In this document: positions 13,501-26,020 of the stretch, one piece after another
Position numbering within the stretch: position 1 is the first letter of the stretch
Layout: the number at the start of each line of letters is the position of its first letter
Made by a program: the position numbers and the translations under genes
Assembly (NCBI GenBank): GCA_028534125.1
Contig: CM052817.1
Coordinates: 48,796,001-48,860,000 of the forward strand
DNA from: Lama glama
Taxonomy: Eukaryota
Direction: 5' to 3'
Length of the DNA: 64,000 nucleotides
Notes under the pieces: generated by a model
The model's database searches: none
What the model saw: the letters and a program-made list of their open reading frames with translations, nothing else
Told to the model about the DNA's origin: nothing

Positions 13501-16500
13501 ATAGGTTTTTTAATAAGATGATTTTTTTCCTTCCATAGTTCAAAGGCATGCTTACTTGAAGTATATTCAGAATCACTTTTATCAGGTTCAGTGATGATCC
13601 ACTCCATAGCATTTAGATTATTTTCCTTTGCCAGAGTAGTTCCAGGCCAAAGAATAAAGGAATCATCTCCCAACATATTTGCATATCCCAGTGATAAAGG
13701 AATACCTGTTTCAGATCAGGAAACTTTGAACAGGGCAAAGATGCCATAATGTCTATGTCTGCTTGGGGATCTGCTTTGTAGTTCAATGTTGTATCTTCCT
13801 TGAAAGAATTTTTAGATTCATATCTTGGGATATAAAACATGGTGTCAGCACCTCCTTGAGCAGCAGTGGTGACAGTCAAAGCTGCTGGAATAGACTTATG
13901 AGAAGTTTTTGGTATTATAATATCTGCTGAAGAGATCTCTTTTACAAGGTTTGTTGCTTGAGGCTGATTGAGAGGAGCAACAGACTTCAAGGTAGAGGAA
14001 TCAGCCTGCCGTCATCTCTAGACGCATTGAGATCTTCTCTGGAAATGTTTAGGTCATCTCCTAGTTTATTAGGTTTATTGTTAAAAGCATTAACTTCATT
14101 CATGGCAAGAATGCCTCTCTTTATTGGTGAGTTGGCAGCTATTGAAGCCAAATCTGTTACAACTTTGGTGTTTTTATTCACATAGGAACTATCACCAGAT
14201 ACAGGAGTAATGCTAAGAGGGATATTTGTTGTTTGAGACCCAGCCATTTTACCTTTATTGGGCAGTCTCTTGGCACTGCTTGCACTGATGGCAGCAGGGG
14301 TCTGATGGCCATCTCTGTAATCAATAAAATCTGCATTGTCCACTGTGGAGAGTGATAGTTTATGCTTTATGATGTTCTGAGCAACATTTGAGTTCTCTTT
14401 GGTGATAGTAAGTGGATTATCAGTGATTACATTATAGTATAAATTATGGAGTATGAGATTATCCATTCTCCCAGTTTGGGGGATAGAACTGCTAGGTGGA
14501 AGGAATTCAGTGCCTTCTGCTCCTTCCACATTCTGTTTCACAGCTGCACTTTCACCCAAGCCATTAGCTATTGTTTTGGTGGCCAATGTCTGAAAATATA
14601 TTTTGTCATTTTCAGGTTTAGTGACACCATGTAGAACATCGTTTTCTTCCCCAGCAGTGGAGAGGTCAATGTCACTTATTGTTATTTCAGCAGTAGGTAC
14701 ACTGCTAGTTAATTGGGAAAGAGACTTTGTGGCGTCAACAGACACAAATCCATTCCTTTTAAAGCCACTCTCTCCTGATTCAAAGTACTTGAAATTACGT
14801 GCAGGTGGAAGATGTTCTTTTATCTGAAAAACAGCATCTTCCACTGCAGACTTTATTTCTGAGGAGGGGGTTGATTCTTCTTCATTAGCCATTTCTTTGT
14901 CTATGAAACTTCCAAATCTTTTTCTTGGTGTAAGAATAACAGCTGTCTTTGCAGGCAATGGGGTAATAGCTACGGTGGGTCTTCCTTCTGGAATGGTGGC
15001 CTTATTCATCATCAGTTCAGAGCTGTCAGTCCTATTTGTGGTCCCCTTACCTGCACTGGCAGTGGCATTGTATTCATCATTGGGAGAGGTGAAATCAGCT
15101 GTAAGAGAAGTAGACTCCAGTGGAATTTTCAAAGGATCTGATACTTTATTTATTTTCCATTTCTGTATCATGGCATCATTGACATAAGGATTTTTAGCCA
15201 CAGGATCTGATAATCCAAACTTCAGTCAAGGAGTCACTTTTAATTAGCAGGGAGTTTGGAGCTTGATTATTTTGAGCACTGGGCATTAGGGTGGATGACT
15301 CTGCTACTGACAGACAAGTGTATCCTTTGTACATAGGGAAGTCTGTTTCAGGGTTGGGACCTGCAGCATCATCGGCATGCTTGTTGTTATGAGAAAGATT
15401 AATGATTTAATCCACAGAGTCAATAGATTTATCTGAAAGAGTGGTAGTGACCTTTGAATCTGAGGTCATGTCAGCTACACTGTCTTCACTAAAATCAACA
15501 GACCTAACAGTTCCAGGGTGAATGACAGAAACTACAAGGGTGATATTACTCTGGAAATTGGCTGTTTTAAACACAGCAGCTCTTTCAACATCTGTTTTGG
15601 CTTTGGCATCATTTGTTGTAATTGTGGTGGGAGTTGTGGTCACCTCTGTTGTTAATGAGGTTTGTGCTGTCCATTGTAAAAGGCTTTGTTTTATCTTTGA
15701 ATAGGGGATTGAACATATTGGCAATGTAAGAAGAGGGGATGATTTTGCTTCCTGCTGCTTGGATATAATTGCATCAGGGTTAAGAGAGTAACCTTTCCTT
15801 CTAATTTCTGTTGTGGAAGTGACGAATGAAGATGACTTCCTTTACAACTCCATCATCTTGATCCATGTTCACAGTTTCTTGGACCACAAGACTAAAATTC
15901 TCAATTTAATCAGTATTCACAAAATTAAAATAGTTTCTAACAGTTTAAGGTGTACATTGGCAGGAATATTAGAATGGTACTTAATTACTGAACCATTTAA
16001 TTTGGATCCAGGTGTTTTAGCAATATTGTTATTGTTACGTGTTGTGATGTTTTCCATCTGAACAGTGTGTTTGCCTTCTATTATTGTACCTTCCTTTAAA
16101 GGCCAAGTTATTTTAAAGTTCGTGTTGGTGTTAGTCATTGGCTTTATGGAGTTAGGGTTAGCATAATGCTTTGTAGAAGTGATGTCATTTGTTTTGGAAA
16201 TAATTAAGTCCCCCACATGCATAGTATTTTTAGGTACATCTAATATTATTTTGATCTCATTGGAATTACTAATAACATTATTGATTTTCTTATATATTCT
16301 ATAATTAGGAAAAGACTTTGTAGTATTAATGGGTTTGATATTGGAAATAGCTTCATCAATGTCAGTGCCAGTCATGATAGATTTGGTATTGGCTTTGTTG
16401 TAAGTACTTGGAATAGGAATAGATTCAAAGTCATTGATACTATTTGCAGACAAAATGCTAGATGTTTGAACATCAACTATAGTTCTACCATGATCTTTCA

Positions 16501-18639
16501 TGTTTATGGCATCAATTACAATAGAATTGTCTTTCTGTGGAATTTCAGGAGCATTGCTCACAGTTTTGCCAAATCTTTCTAGGTATTTAATATCAATTAT
16601 AATTATGTTTTTGGCCTCCATGTCAGGAACATCAAGCAGAGTTGTGTAGTCTTCTAGAATGTCTGTGGCATCAATTTTTGCTGTATTGCCTTCCTTCATA
16701 AGGGATGTGGTACCAATAAAGGGTGTACTGTCTGGTCCTGCTTCTTCCATGTGAAAGTTGTTTGCATTTGACATGACAATGGTACCCTCATCTGCAGAGG
16801 CACTGAACTTATTCTCAGCATTTTGGATGTACGTGGCAAGATTAGGGGCAAAAAATTGTTTAGATCTTCCAGTGAACGGGAAGAAAGGTTCAAGACTCTG
16901 AATTGTTTTGGAGTCTGTCTGAAAGTAGGAAGTAACAGTGGAATCAGGTTTAAACTGATGGGTAGTCATGGATACAGGTGCTGAGATGCTGTTTTCCCCA
17001 GAAACAGTCATCCTGCTCTGTGTTATTCTGGAGTTGGGTGAAAATCTGGGAATTGTGGTACTGACCACAGAAGCATCCTGCATAGCAGCATATGAAGGTG
17101 ACACATTGCTGTTTGGAGCCTCTGCTGGAATAGAGTTGTCTATTGTCTCCTCAGTATAAGCAAAGCTAGCTGAAGTCTGGTTAGTTGAAGAGTTACTTGG
17201 TGAATCACCCCCAAATGGGGAAAGGTTATATATCCTAGCTTGAAGAGTCTCTGAGTGGTTTCTCTTCGAAAGAGATCCAGAGAGCTTTGTTCCTCTAACA
17301 ATAGACTCAGAGTAGCTCTTTGAATTGTCTGTAGGTGCAGAATTTTCTTTTGTTCTTAGAAGGGATGAGAATTGACTTGCTGAGTGGCTGACTGGTGACG
17401 ACAAAGGCAGATTGGCAGACAAATGTTGATTTGTCTGATTGTTTATTTCCTAACTCCCATTATACTAAAGGGAAAGAAGTACAATATTTTTTGTGAGGTT
17501 CACCTTGTAGATTATGTTTTACTAAAAACCTGAAATCACTTGTCACATCATTAAATTGATCAAATAAAGCATCATTCTGAAGGTCTCTGCTTTGTCTTTA
17601 CCCATTGGTTGTTAAGTCAATCAAGTTAGAAATACACAATATCAGTGTGAAAAGGAACAGTTAATATGTTAGGGTTATGTACCTTCTGTAAATATAAATC
17701 CAGGTGTCCGATAGCAAACTTTCAGTAAGGAATCTCTTACAGTATAAAAAAGCATAGAGAAGCCTCCTCAAATCTTATGCTATCATGCATTATAACTTCT
17801 GTTATCTTTACTTCATATGTATATGATTAATTTTAAAAGAAGGAAATTTATAAATAGAAAATAGAATATTAAAAATACAATGATGTTTTGTTTAGCAAAA
17901 TGTTATTTCTTACATTAAACATAAGCTGAAGCTCTAAATACATTTTTTTCCTCCATATAATTTTTCAGTTCCATAAATATACTGTTATTCAACATATTGA
18001 GACTCATCGGGAAGTAAGCCACAAAATTCAAGATGGTCAGTGTCAGGACTAGGGTCTTCATTTTGTCTTGCTCTTCCAGGCGACTAAGATGCAAGATTGT
18101 CCCATGTTACATTAACTCATTGACAGTTTAAATGACAATTTAAAAAATCAGAAATCTTTATTGTACTTTAATAGTTGACCTTAACTTACATGCTCACTTG
18201 ATTAATAAGACAAAGACAGCTCTTAAGAAATTCTAGTGCATTATTAGAAGTGATAATAAGTGGATTAGGCTATCTGTTTGCTGCAGTCAATCTCATTTAC
18301 CAATTAACGAGAATAGGAAGAGTTTTAACTATTCTTTAAAGCTTAGAGACAATCAAGGAGTAAACAAGCTAACTAGCAGGTACATTTGGGCAGAGTACTT
18401 CAGTGAGGCCTCCATTGTAAAAATTCATTCTACTCTCACGTTAATAATAGGTACGTAATCTACTTGTTGCATTTTTTGAGGACTATTTAGACAAAAGTTA
18501 ATTTACTGAATCTGTATTTAGCCAGAGTTTAAATATATATATATCTCTAAGTAGATTCCTCATGCCAATGGGTTATCAGAAACAGTAGGTATTTGAAGAA
18601 AGAATGGCTCTGAACCGTCTAATTTATTCAAGCATTTAC

Positions 18640-18747
18640 CTTGCAAATGAAGCTTCCCTTTCAGCCACCTTCAAGCTTCAACTCTTGACCAAATCAGCCT
18701 GGTTCAGCAATGCACGAAGATAAAATCCATGATGAGAAGGTTTGAAT
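18640..18747 (-). other. Candidate 108-nt phase-0 internal exon remnant of pseudogene A
   Basis: Bounded by tttctttcctag|ATT and AAG|gtaaat. Length is a multiple of 3 but the phase-0 reading has two TGA codons. Could be chance. Confidence 0.25.
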
Positions 18748-19632
18748 CTAGGAAAGAAACGCATGCTCCTCGTTCTTCCTCCTTTATTTCAATGGGTGAG
18801 AGAAAAAGTTTCACATATAAGGGATCCCTTCTGAGCTAATCCCCAAACAAAAGAAAGGAGGGGAAATGTCTGTTAGCTGTGTGCATGCATTTCTCAGGCA
18901 CAGAGTGAACCTATTAGCTTATCTTCAGATTGAACAGGGCAAGGCTCATATTTTAAATATAAAAGCCTTTAAAAAAATTAACTCTCTAGCTTCTAGTGCT
19001 GCTTCTTCCCTATTCTCTTGTTTTTCTCGGTTGTTCCTTTCTCTGCTTACACAGCAAAGTTTGAATTCACTGTGATAGCGTTTAATATGTTTTACCATTT
19101 AGTAACTTACGTCGGGATTCACCTTAGGAGGCTGTGGTTTTCTTAAGGACAGAATTGTGTTTGTTTGAGTGTGTGAAAAATATGTATATAACATAGAAGA
19201 AAAAATTAAAAAAGATAACATGCTTATTACAGTCTTTTTTTCTTTGCTGTATGATTTGTACAGAAATTATGCTGATCTCTTAGATATCTACTTCCCTTGG
19301 TAAACTCAACACTGGCCGATATGGCTTTTAACTTCAGTTTCTGAAGCTAATTGTCTATTTACCTGAAATCCACCAAACTATATTATTGCTATTGTGTCAC
19401 TTGCTGAGGTGATTCACTGATATATATTTTAAAACCACCATAAAAATTTTGAAATTAAATTGTTGTTGACTTTCGGTTTATGCTATGCAAGGCGTGGTGT
19501 TAACAGTACTTTTATCAGACAACATGGACACTCATTCTTAATTTAATTGGCTTACTTTCTATTTTCATTTGAAGATACCTAAAAATTTGCTTAATAGTAA
19601 TTATACCTTTTTTTCTTGCCCCACATACTTAC

Positions 19633-19709
19633 TTCTTTCATATCAGGTAGCCCTAATGTTGTGACATACAGGGCTAACTAGGTAGAAAGGCAAATAAGTC
19701 TAACATCAT
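19633..19709 (-). pseudogene. Candidate signal-peptide exon of pseudogene A (frameshifted)
   Basis: ATG ATG TTA GAC TTA TTT GCC TTT CTA CCT AG[-1] TTA GCC CTG TAT GTC ACA ACA TTA GGG CTA CCT GAT ATG AAA GAA|gtaagt reads MMLDLFAFLP-x-LALYVTTLG/LPDMKE. Hydrophobic core, small residue before LP, consensus GTAAGT donor in phase 0 matching the acceptor at 17464. TAATAAAA TATA-like element at 19763-19770. Confidence 0.5.
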
Positions 19710-20599
19710 TTTTTTTCTTCAGGCTTCTTCAATTTTCCCTATCCTCTGGATTGTCTTAATACTTTTATTAAGCATTGGAACAAATACTGAATCTCCAAAG
19801 TTATGTCCAAGACTCACTGGATTGTTCTTTTAATCAGGCAGAGTGTTGATGTACTAAGCATCTATGTACATAACAATTACCTTCAGATCAAAAGTAATGT
19901 GTTATGTGTTGAATGATTATAATCTTATCACTTTAGTAGTTTGGAAATACCATTCCCATGATATTAAATATTGCTCTTTAAGTGAATTAAAGTAATTGCT
20001 GGAAAGCTAGTGCAATAATACATTTGTAAGGATGAAATGCTCATTCAGTTAGAGATTATATTTGCAGATCTTTTCGTTTGAAGTGAGCCGCCAGCAGACT
20101 CAGAATCCCTGGCTGGCACTAATTCATCTTTATAAGATCTAAGATAGCTAAGATTTCCACCTCATGGTTTCCAGAATTGAACCTGGGACAATAAAATCAA
20201 GTCTTTGTCTGTTAAGAAATTTCATCTTTGAAATTTTTTTTTTGCAGTCCAAGAAGTTCTAATGTCCTAATTCATTGCCCCCCTCACCCTGCCTTGTCAA
20301 GGTGAAAAATTCATTTATTTTTCCATATGATTTCCAGTTATGAATTTACTTAGTATTTCTGGAAATTGTGCTGTACAATATGTACGTGGCTAACACCAGT
20401 GTTTTCCCATACACTAAAATAATCGTATTGAAGGAGGTGCTACAGATAGAAAAATGGTTTATTGGTGTCCATATGTAGTTGTGATTCTTACATGGCAAAA
20501 GTGAATAGGCATAGCTCTAATTGATTTTCACAGAATTCTTGTTTTGTTTTATTGAATCTTTAAACTTATTAGTACCATATGGTTAATGGATGAGAATAC

Positions 20600-21000
20600 A
20601 TATCAGTTCAACACCTACTTACTGGGTGTCTGTGAAAGGCACTTGTGGAAAACAGGAGATAATTTATAATCTCTTCTAGGGCGAAAGGAATGTACATGAT
20701 GATGATGCTCACTGCCATTTACTTATTCATACATCTAGTCAAGTATTAATTGGGTGCCTGATAACTTTAAGGTTCAGCCCCAGGCCCTGAGTGACATATG
20801 GGGAGCACAATAGGTAAAATCTGCCCAATGAGTTATGCAATCAAAAGACTATTATTTTGGTGGTTGAGCAGGGGAGAAACTTTTTTTGGAAAGTTTCTTG
20901 GCTTTGAAGTTTGGGTAAGTTTTGAGACTGGAGTTAGTTTAGGTGAGATTTTTTAGGTGTAAGAAAAAGAATGAACAATGGCTCAGAAATGAGGATTCTA
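20600..21000 (-). mobile_element. L2 3'-end fragments
   Basis: ttcaacacctacttactgggtgtctg and ttattcatacatctagtcaagtattaattgggtgcctg resemble the antisense L2 tail (attcattcaacaaatatttattgagcacctac). Confidence 0.45.
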
Positions 21001-21621
21001 AGAGTTGATTGTATTAAAAAGAGAGAATGTCTGATCCCCATGCTTCTCAATAGCATGCATAGCCTGGAGCAAGAGTAAGATCAGCAGAGATCTAGAGGAA
21101 GCCCTGGGAACTCTGAGGTGAGTAAATCCTCCCTTTATCATGTCACTATACTCACTGGGCTCAAAGTAGAATCTCATACACCTGGGGTAAGACTGGCCCT
21201 TTTTGGACCTTCATGTCTCAATATACAAGAGTGAATCCAAGGCCCCAAGACTTTAACCCCTTTCTAGCCCCAAACTCAACACCACTATTTCCTTGAGACC
21301 ATGAAGAAGACTAATCTTATTATGTACTTTATTCCTCATGACATCCAAAATATCTAAAATCTAGCTTCTCTAACCTGAAGACATGGTTTTACCTGTAACT
21401 GTTTAAAGTCTTGCCTCTTTTCTATGCCTCTTATACCTTTGAACCTGGAGATGGGTTAGATATCTCCCTTGCTCTTTACTGATGCTTCAGATCACTTTGT
21501 GTCTCTCTATAAACTTTCACCAACTTGGACTCTGGTGTCATTATATACCTTCCACTACATGTCCAGTGCCTCTAGTCATTTAGTGACACTTAAATAACTG
21601 CCCCAAATCTTGTAAACATTT

Positions 21622-22174
21622 TGTGTTAGAGCTCTTCAGAGAAACAGAACCAATAGGTTACATATATATGTATATGTGTGTGTATATGTATATGTACATG
21701 TATCCATATATATATATATGGAACCTATACACATGTGTATATAAGAATGAAGAGATTTATTATGATAGATTGGTTCAGATGATTATGGAGGCTGAGGAGA
21801 AGTCTCAGGATGAATTGTCTGCAATTTGGAGACCCAGAGCAATCAAGTCCAGTTCAAGGCCTGAGAACAAGGGTAGCGAATGGTGTATATCCTTGTCCAA
21901 AAGCAGGAGAAAATAAACGTCCCAAATAAAACAGGAAGGAAGGAAGGAAGCAAAAGGGGGCATATTCATTCTTCCTCCACTTTTTTTCTTCTATTCAGAT
22001 CCAAGAGGATTGGATGATGCATACCCGCATTGGGGAGCGTGATCTACTTTACTGAGTTCACCAATTTAAATGCTAATCTCACCCAGAAACAGCATCACAG
22101 ACACACTCAGAAATAATGTTTAATCTGGGCACTCCTTGGCTCAGTCAAACTGACACATAAAATTAACCATCACA
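21622..22174. mobile_element. MLT2-type (ERVL) solo LTR
   Basis: Starts tgtgttagagctcttcagagaaacagaaccaatagg, has an internal (TA/TG)n tract and ends ctgacacataaaattaaccatcaca. TG...CA termini; near-matching 5-bp flanks cattt/gattt. Confidence 0.85.
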
Positions 22175-23810
22175 GATTTTATCTCCTGGTTCACTAAACC
22201 ACTCCTTTTTCAACCGTTGGTGATTTCCTGTCCACGTAGAAGACGCTTTGAAAGTTTTGTTCTCTCAGTTCCTTGACTCCTTTTTCCTATATGCTTATCC
22301 TTTGTTCTGTTTTAGCCACTCATTTTCATGGCTCTAAATAAAATACCTTTGCTAACAATCCCTATTAGAAACAACGCCCTCTGCTACCCTGATTCTAGCA
22401 ATTCTTGAACCTTGTAAACACCTCCAGTCCACTGATCCTACCAACTCTTAACTCTTCCTTACTCCTTGTGAGTCCTTAATGTCCTTCTCATCCGACTCAC
22501 AGTCCATGAGCAATGTCTATAGTCCCTCCCTTTCATGCACCTTTAATTGCCTCATTCTGCTATTCGGCTCTTGCTGTTTTGTACTTGCTTGGAAAAACAT
22601 CGGTTTGGAGTAAATCTAACTCTCTATCCACTTTGTTCTTGCGCTCAGAGAAATCCATAGTCAATGACCACTTACAGGTGTCTCTTAATGCTGAATGGTA
22701 ATCACAATAAGGTTCTTTAATCCGTTCACTTTCTGAATCTTCTTATTATAGCTTCCCCTTCAAACTTCTAACATTGCCTGCTAATCCTCACTCTTAGTTG
22801 ATAACCTTGCCCCTTATTTCATGAAAAAATAAATAGATGAAATCAAAAGAGATCATTCACAAGTTCTACCATCATATTTCCCTGTACCCTATAATTGGAA
22901 TTTGTGAATCTGTCTTCCTTCCAATTACTATGGATGATTTCTCCAAAGCTAGGCCTAAGGCCACCTCCTCCATTTTAGACTAGATCTCACTCCCTTTCCT
23001 ATTTAAAGATTTTATTCCAATAATCCTCTCTCTCCTGTGTTATTATTTCCCCCTCTTTGTTGGCTCATTATCATCAGTATACAGACATGATGTTCTTTCT
23101 TCCATCATAAAACAAAAAAATAAAAGCAGAACTTTTTTTCTCTTGACTTTACATTCTCCTCCAGATACTGCCCCATTTCTCTGCTCTTCTTATAATAAAA
23201 CAACTAAAAAAAAATTGTCTTCAGTGTCTCTGTCAGAGTCTTTTCGACCTGCTTCAAAAGGCTTTTGTCTTCACTACCTAAACTGCTCTGTTAGTTGATA
23301 CCTTCCAATTGCTCACGCCTTTATGTTGTCAAATCAAGTTGTCCATTTTAAGACCTCATTTTACTTGACTTAACAGTGTGTTTGACACAGCCAATCATGC
23401 TTTCCTCGATGAAACATTTTCTTCATTTGGTTTCTAATATACAACATGCTCTTGTTCTTCTACTTCACTAGTCTCCCCTTGTAGTTCTTAATTGGTTCTT
23501 CCTCATCTCTCCAAGCATCTGGAATATTCCATGCCTCTTGTCTTTGAATCTCTTCCCTTCTATGTGCATACTCCTTTGATGATTTTATTTAGTCACATGT
23601 TTCTAAAATACCATCAAAATGATAATAATAATCAAATTAATATCTCCAGCTCAGATATCTAGCCTAAATTCCAGACTAATGTATCTGATTTCTTATTTAA
23701 CAGCCAGTTGGATGTCAATAGACATGTCATGTCTAGATAAAACTTTTGATATATTCCAAATACCAACCCCCAACAAAAAAGCTCCCATAGTTTTTCCCAT
23801 CTTGTTTGTT
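22175..23810 (+). mobile_element. L2 LINE, degenerate ORF2/RT region (probably continues left of the MLT2 insertion)
   Basis: ttacttgacttaacagtgtgtttgacacagccaatcatgctttcctc resembles the L2 RT motif LLDLSAAFDTVDH. Pyrimidine-rich L2-like sequence, including tatctccagctcagatatctagcctaaattccagact. Confidence 0.75.
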
Positions 23811-23816
23811 GACAAC

Positions 23817-23878
23817 TGTTATGGACTGAATTTTGTCCCTGCTAAAATTTGTAGGTTGAAGCCTTAACTCTCAGTGTT
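23817..23878 (+). mobile_element. 5' end of an MLT1/MST-type MaLR LTR, truncated by the gap
   Basis: tgttatggactgaattttgtccctgctaaaatttgtaggttgaagccttaactctcagtgt is the typical MaLR LTR start. Confidence 0.7.
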
Positions 23879-24378
23879 NNNNNNNNNNNNNNNNNNNNNN
23901 NNNNNNNNNNNNNNNNNNNNNNNNNNNNNNNNNNNNNNNNNNNNNNNNNNNNNNNNNNNNNNNNNNNNNNNNNNNNNNNNNNNNNNNNNNNNNNNNNNNN
24001 NNNNNNNNNNNNNNNNNNNNNNNNNNNNNNNNNNNNNNNNNNNNNNNNNNNNNNNNNNNNNNNNNNNNNNNNNNNNNNNNNNNNNNNNNNNNNNNNNNNN
24101 NNNNNNNNNNNNNNNNNNNNNNNNNNNNNNNNNNNNNNNNNNNNNNNNNNNNNNNNNNNNNNNNNNNNNNNNNNNNNNNNNNNNNNNNNNNNNNNNNNNN
24201 NNNNNNNNNNNNNNNNNNNNNNNNNNNNNNNNNNNNNNNNNNNNNNNNNNNNNNNNNNNNNNNNNNNNNNNNNNNNNNNNNNNNNNNNNNNNNNNNNNNN
24301 NNNNNNNNNNNNNNNNNNNNNNNNNNNNNNNNNNNNNNNNNNNNNNNNNNNNNNNNNNNNNNNNNNNNNNNNNNNNNN
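23879..24378. other. Assembly gap (500 N)
   Basis: Run of N. Confidence 1.
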
Positions 24379-25349
24379 CAGAGACTGAGAGGTAGGGGCA
24401 CTGTCTTCATTGGCTCGCAGGTCCTTAAGAAAGACATTCCTCAATTGTAAAGTTAGAAAGAGGCTTTAAAAAAGATTTATATCACAAAGGGGCAGAGAAA
24501 GAATTTACAATTGAAATTTTTCTAAAGAGATGGTCTAAGACTCCAGGGGCCTGGTGGTAGGAAGAAACCTGTTTAAAGTTTAGTCAAGCTGAGGAGAACG
24601 TTAAGGTTTTGGTCAACCTTCTATTTCAGTATTGCTCATTATGGGGAGCTTTTTAGTGGGACAAGCATATGAAGTTTTTAATTTACTTCCTAATGTGTGA
24701 GATAAACAGGGACAAATGATTCTCAAAATGACTTATTGAACAAAAGCTAAAGAAGTAAATCCAAATGCATTTAAGAAGCGAGAGAGTGAAAGAAGCAAAA
24801 TTTCTACAATGGTCTCATTTCTGAAGTATGACAGTCAGTTCTTGAGGCAATATCGCCAAAAGTTAAGGTGAGAAATTTAATATTTAGGTAGAGTAGGACC
24901 TAGAAAAAATGTTGGGAAATATAAAATTAATTTTCACTGTCCTATAAACATCACCTAATTGTTTTAAAATTGCTGTTTTCTATTTCTTTATGTGAAATGA
25001 ATTCCATTCTATATGGTCTATGCGCCCCTGCCCCCAGCACCACTCTCTCATTTTCCTGACAGCTCATAATTCTGTTTTAGAGTAAAACATATTTAGTTAG
25101 ATGTTTTATGTTTAGAGTCAGGCATAGCTAGCTAGCTTTGTTTAAGGCCTAATCCATCATTACTACTACCTAGAATGTTTACATCTTTTTTTTTTAAACT
25201 CTGTATACAATTTTGATAGATTATATGCTCTAGTAATCTTTTCTCTGAAATAGTCCTAATCTGCGACTTCTATCTTAGAGTTTTACATCATATATTATAT
25301 CATGTTCTATAATGTACATTAGAATTTTTTGTCATATTATATCTTCAAG

Positions 25350-25619
25350 GCTATAAAATTTTCTGAATTTATTTTCATCTCTAAGGACTTTCTTTCATAA
25401 TAATAGCATTATGCTCTCATTTCCATCAGAATTTAATGGAGGTTTTGTTTTTTCTGTGGTTCAGTCAAGTACAACTGCTTACAGTTTCTTGACTGTGATA
25501 CTCATACTCATGTTTGAGCTTGTATACCTGCCAATTTCCCTTTCTCAGGTGCTGTCTGGGTGTTTTCATACCTGTAACCTTGCATCAGACTCCTCCTCAC
25601 CCCCCAAGGATTTTGTATA
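25350..25619 (-). other. Candidate terminal 3'UTR exon of pseudogene B
   Basis: Acceptor ttttgtatctatag|TAT (AG at 25621-25620), ATTAAA at 25432-25437 and AATAAA at 25368-25373. It follows a donor at 26021 that parallels the CSN3 exon-4 donor. Confidence 0.4.
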
Positions 25620-26020
25620 CTATAGATACAAAATCTATATATATTTTGAAATATATATAGTATCTAGAATGGCAGAGCTCAGTAATCTTTATTTTGGAAA
25701 AGAAGTGAAGTGATTGTGAGTCAACTGTCAAATAAAATATCTTCTGGGATCTCTATTCTAGAATTCCAAGCTTTGTGACTGTTGGCTTATGTGTTAAGAG
25801 ATTTGGATTCTAGACCTGGCTTTACCACCATGTGTTCTGAATTTGAGTTAATCCCATAACTCTATATTCTATACGTACAATGGGAGAATATCTGCTCTCT
25901 TTCATAGAACTATAAAAAAATTTGGGCAGATCAGGAGTAACTAACCATATGTGAGCTATTTGGAGATATACAGAACACTACTGAATTTCCTCATTTTATT
26001 CTTTGCATGTAGTAATTTAC

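Noticed and set aside
17741..17800. Alternative leader exon for gene A ending at a gtaaga donor
   Set aside because: No polypyrimidine acceptor, several stops and no signal-peptide-like reading.
23842..24444. ORFs of 173-200 aa spanning the gap
   Set aside because: Artefacts of translating N.
24379..24620. Possible ERV LTR fragment right of the gap
   Set aside because: Looks LTR-like, but I cannot assign a family or boundaries.
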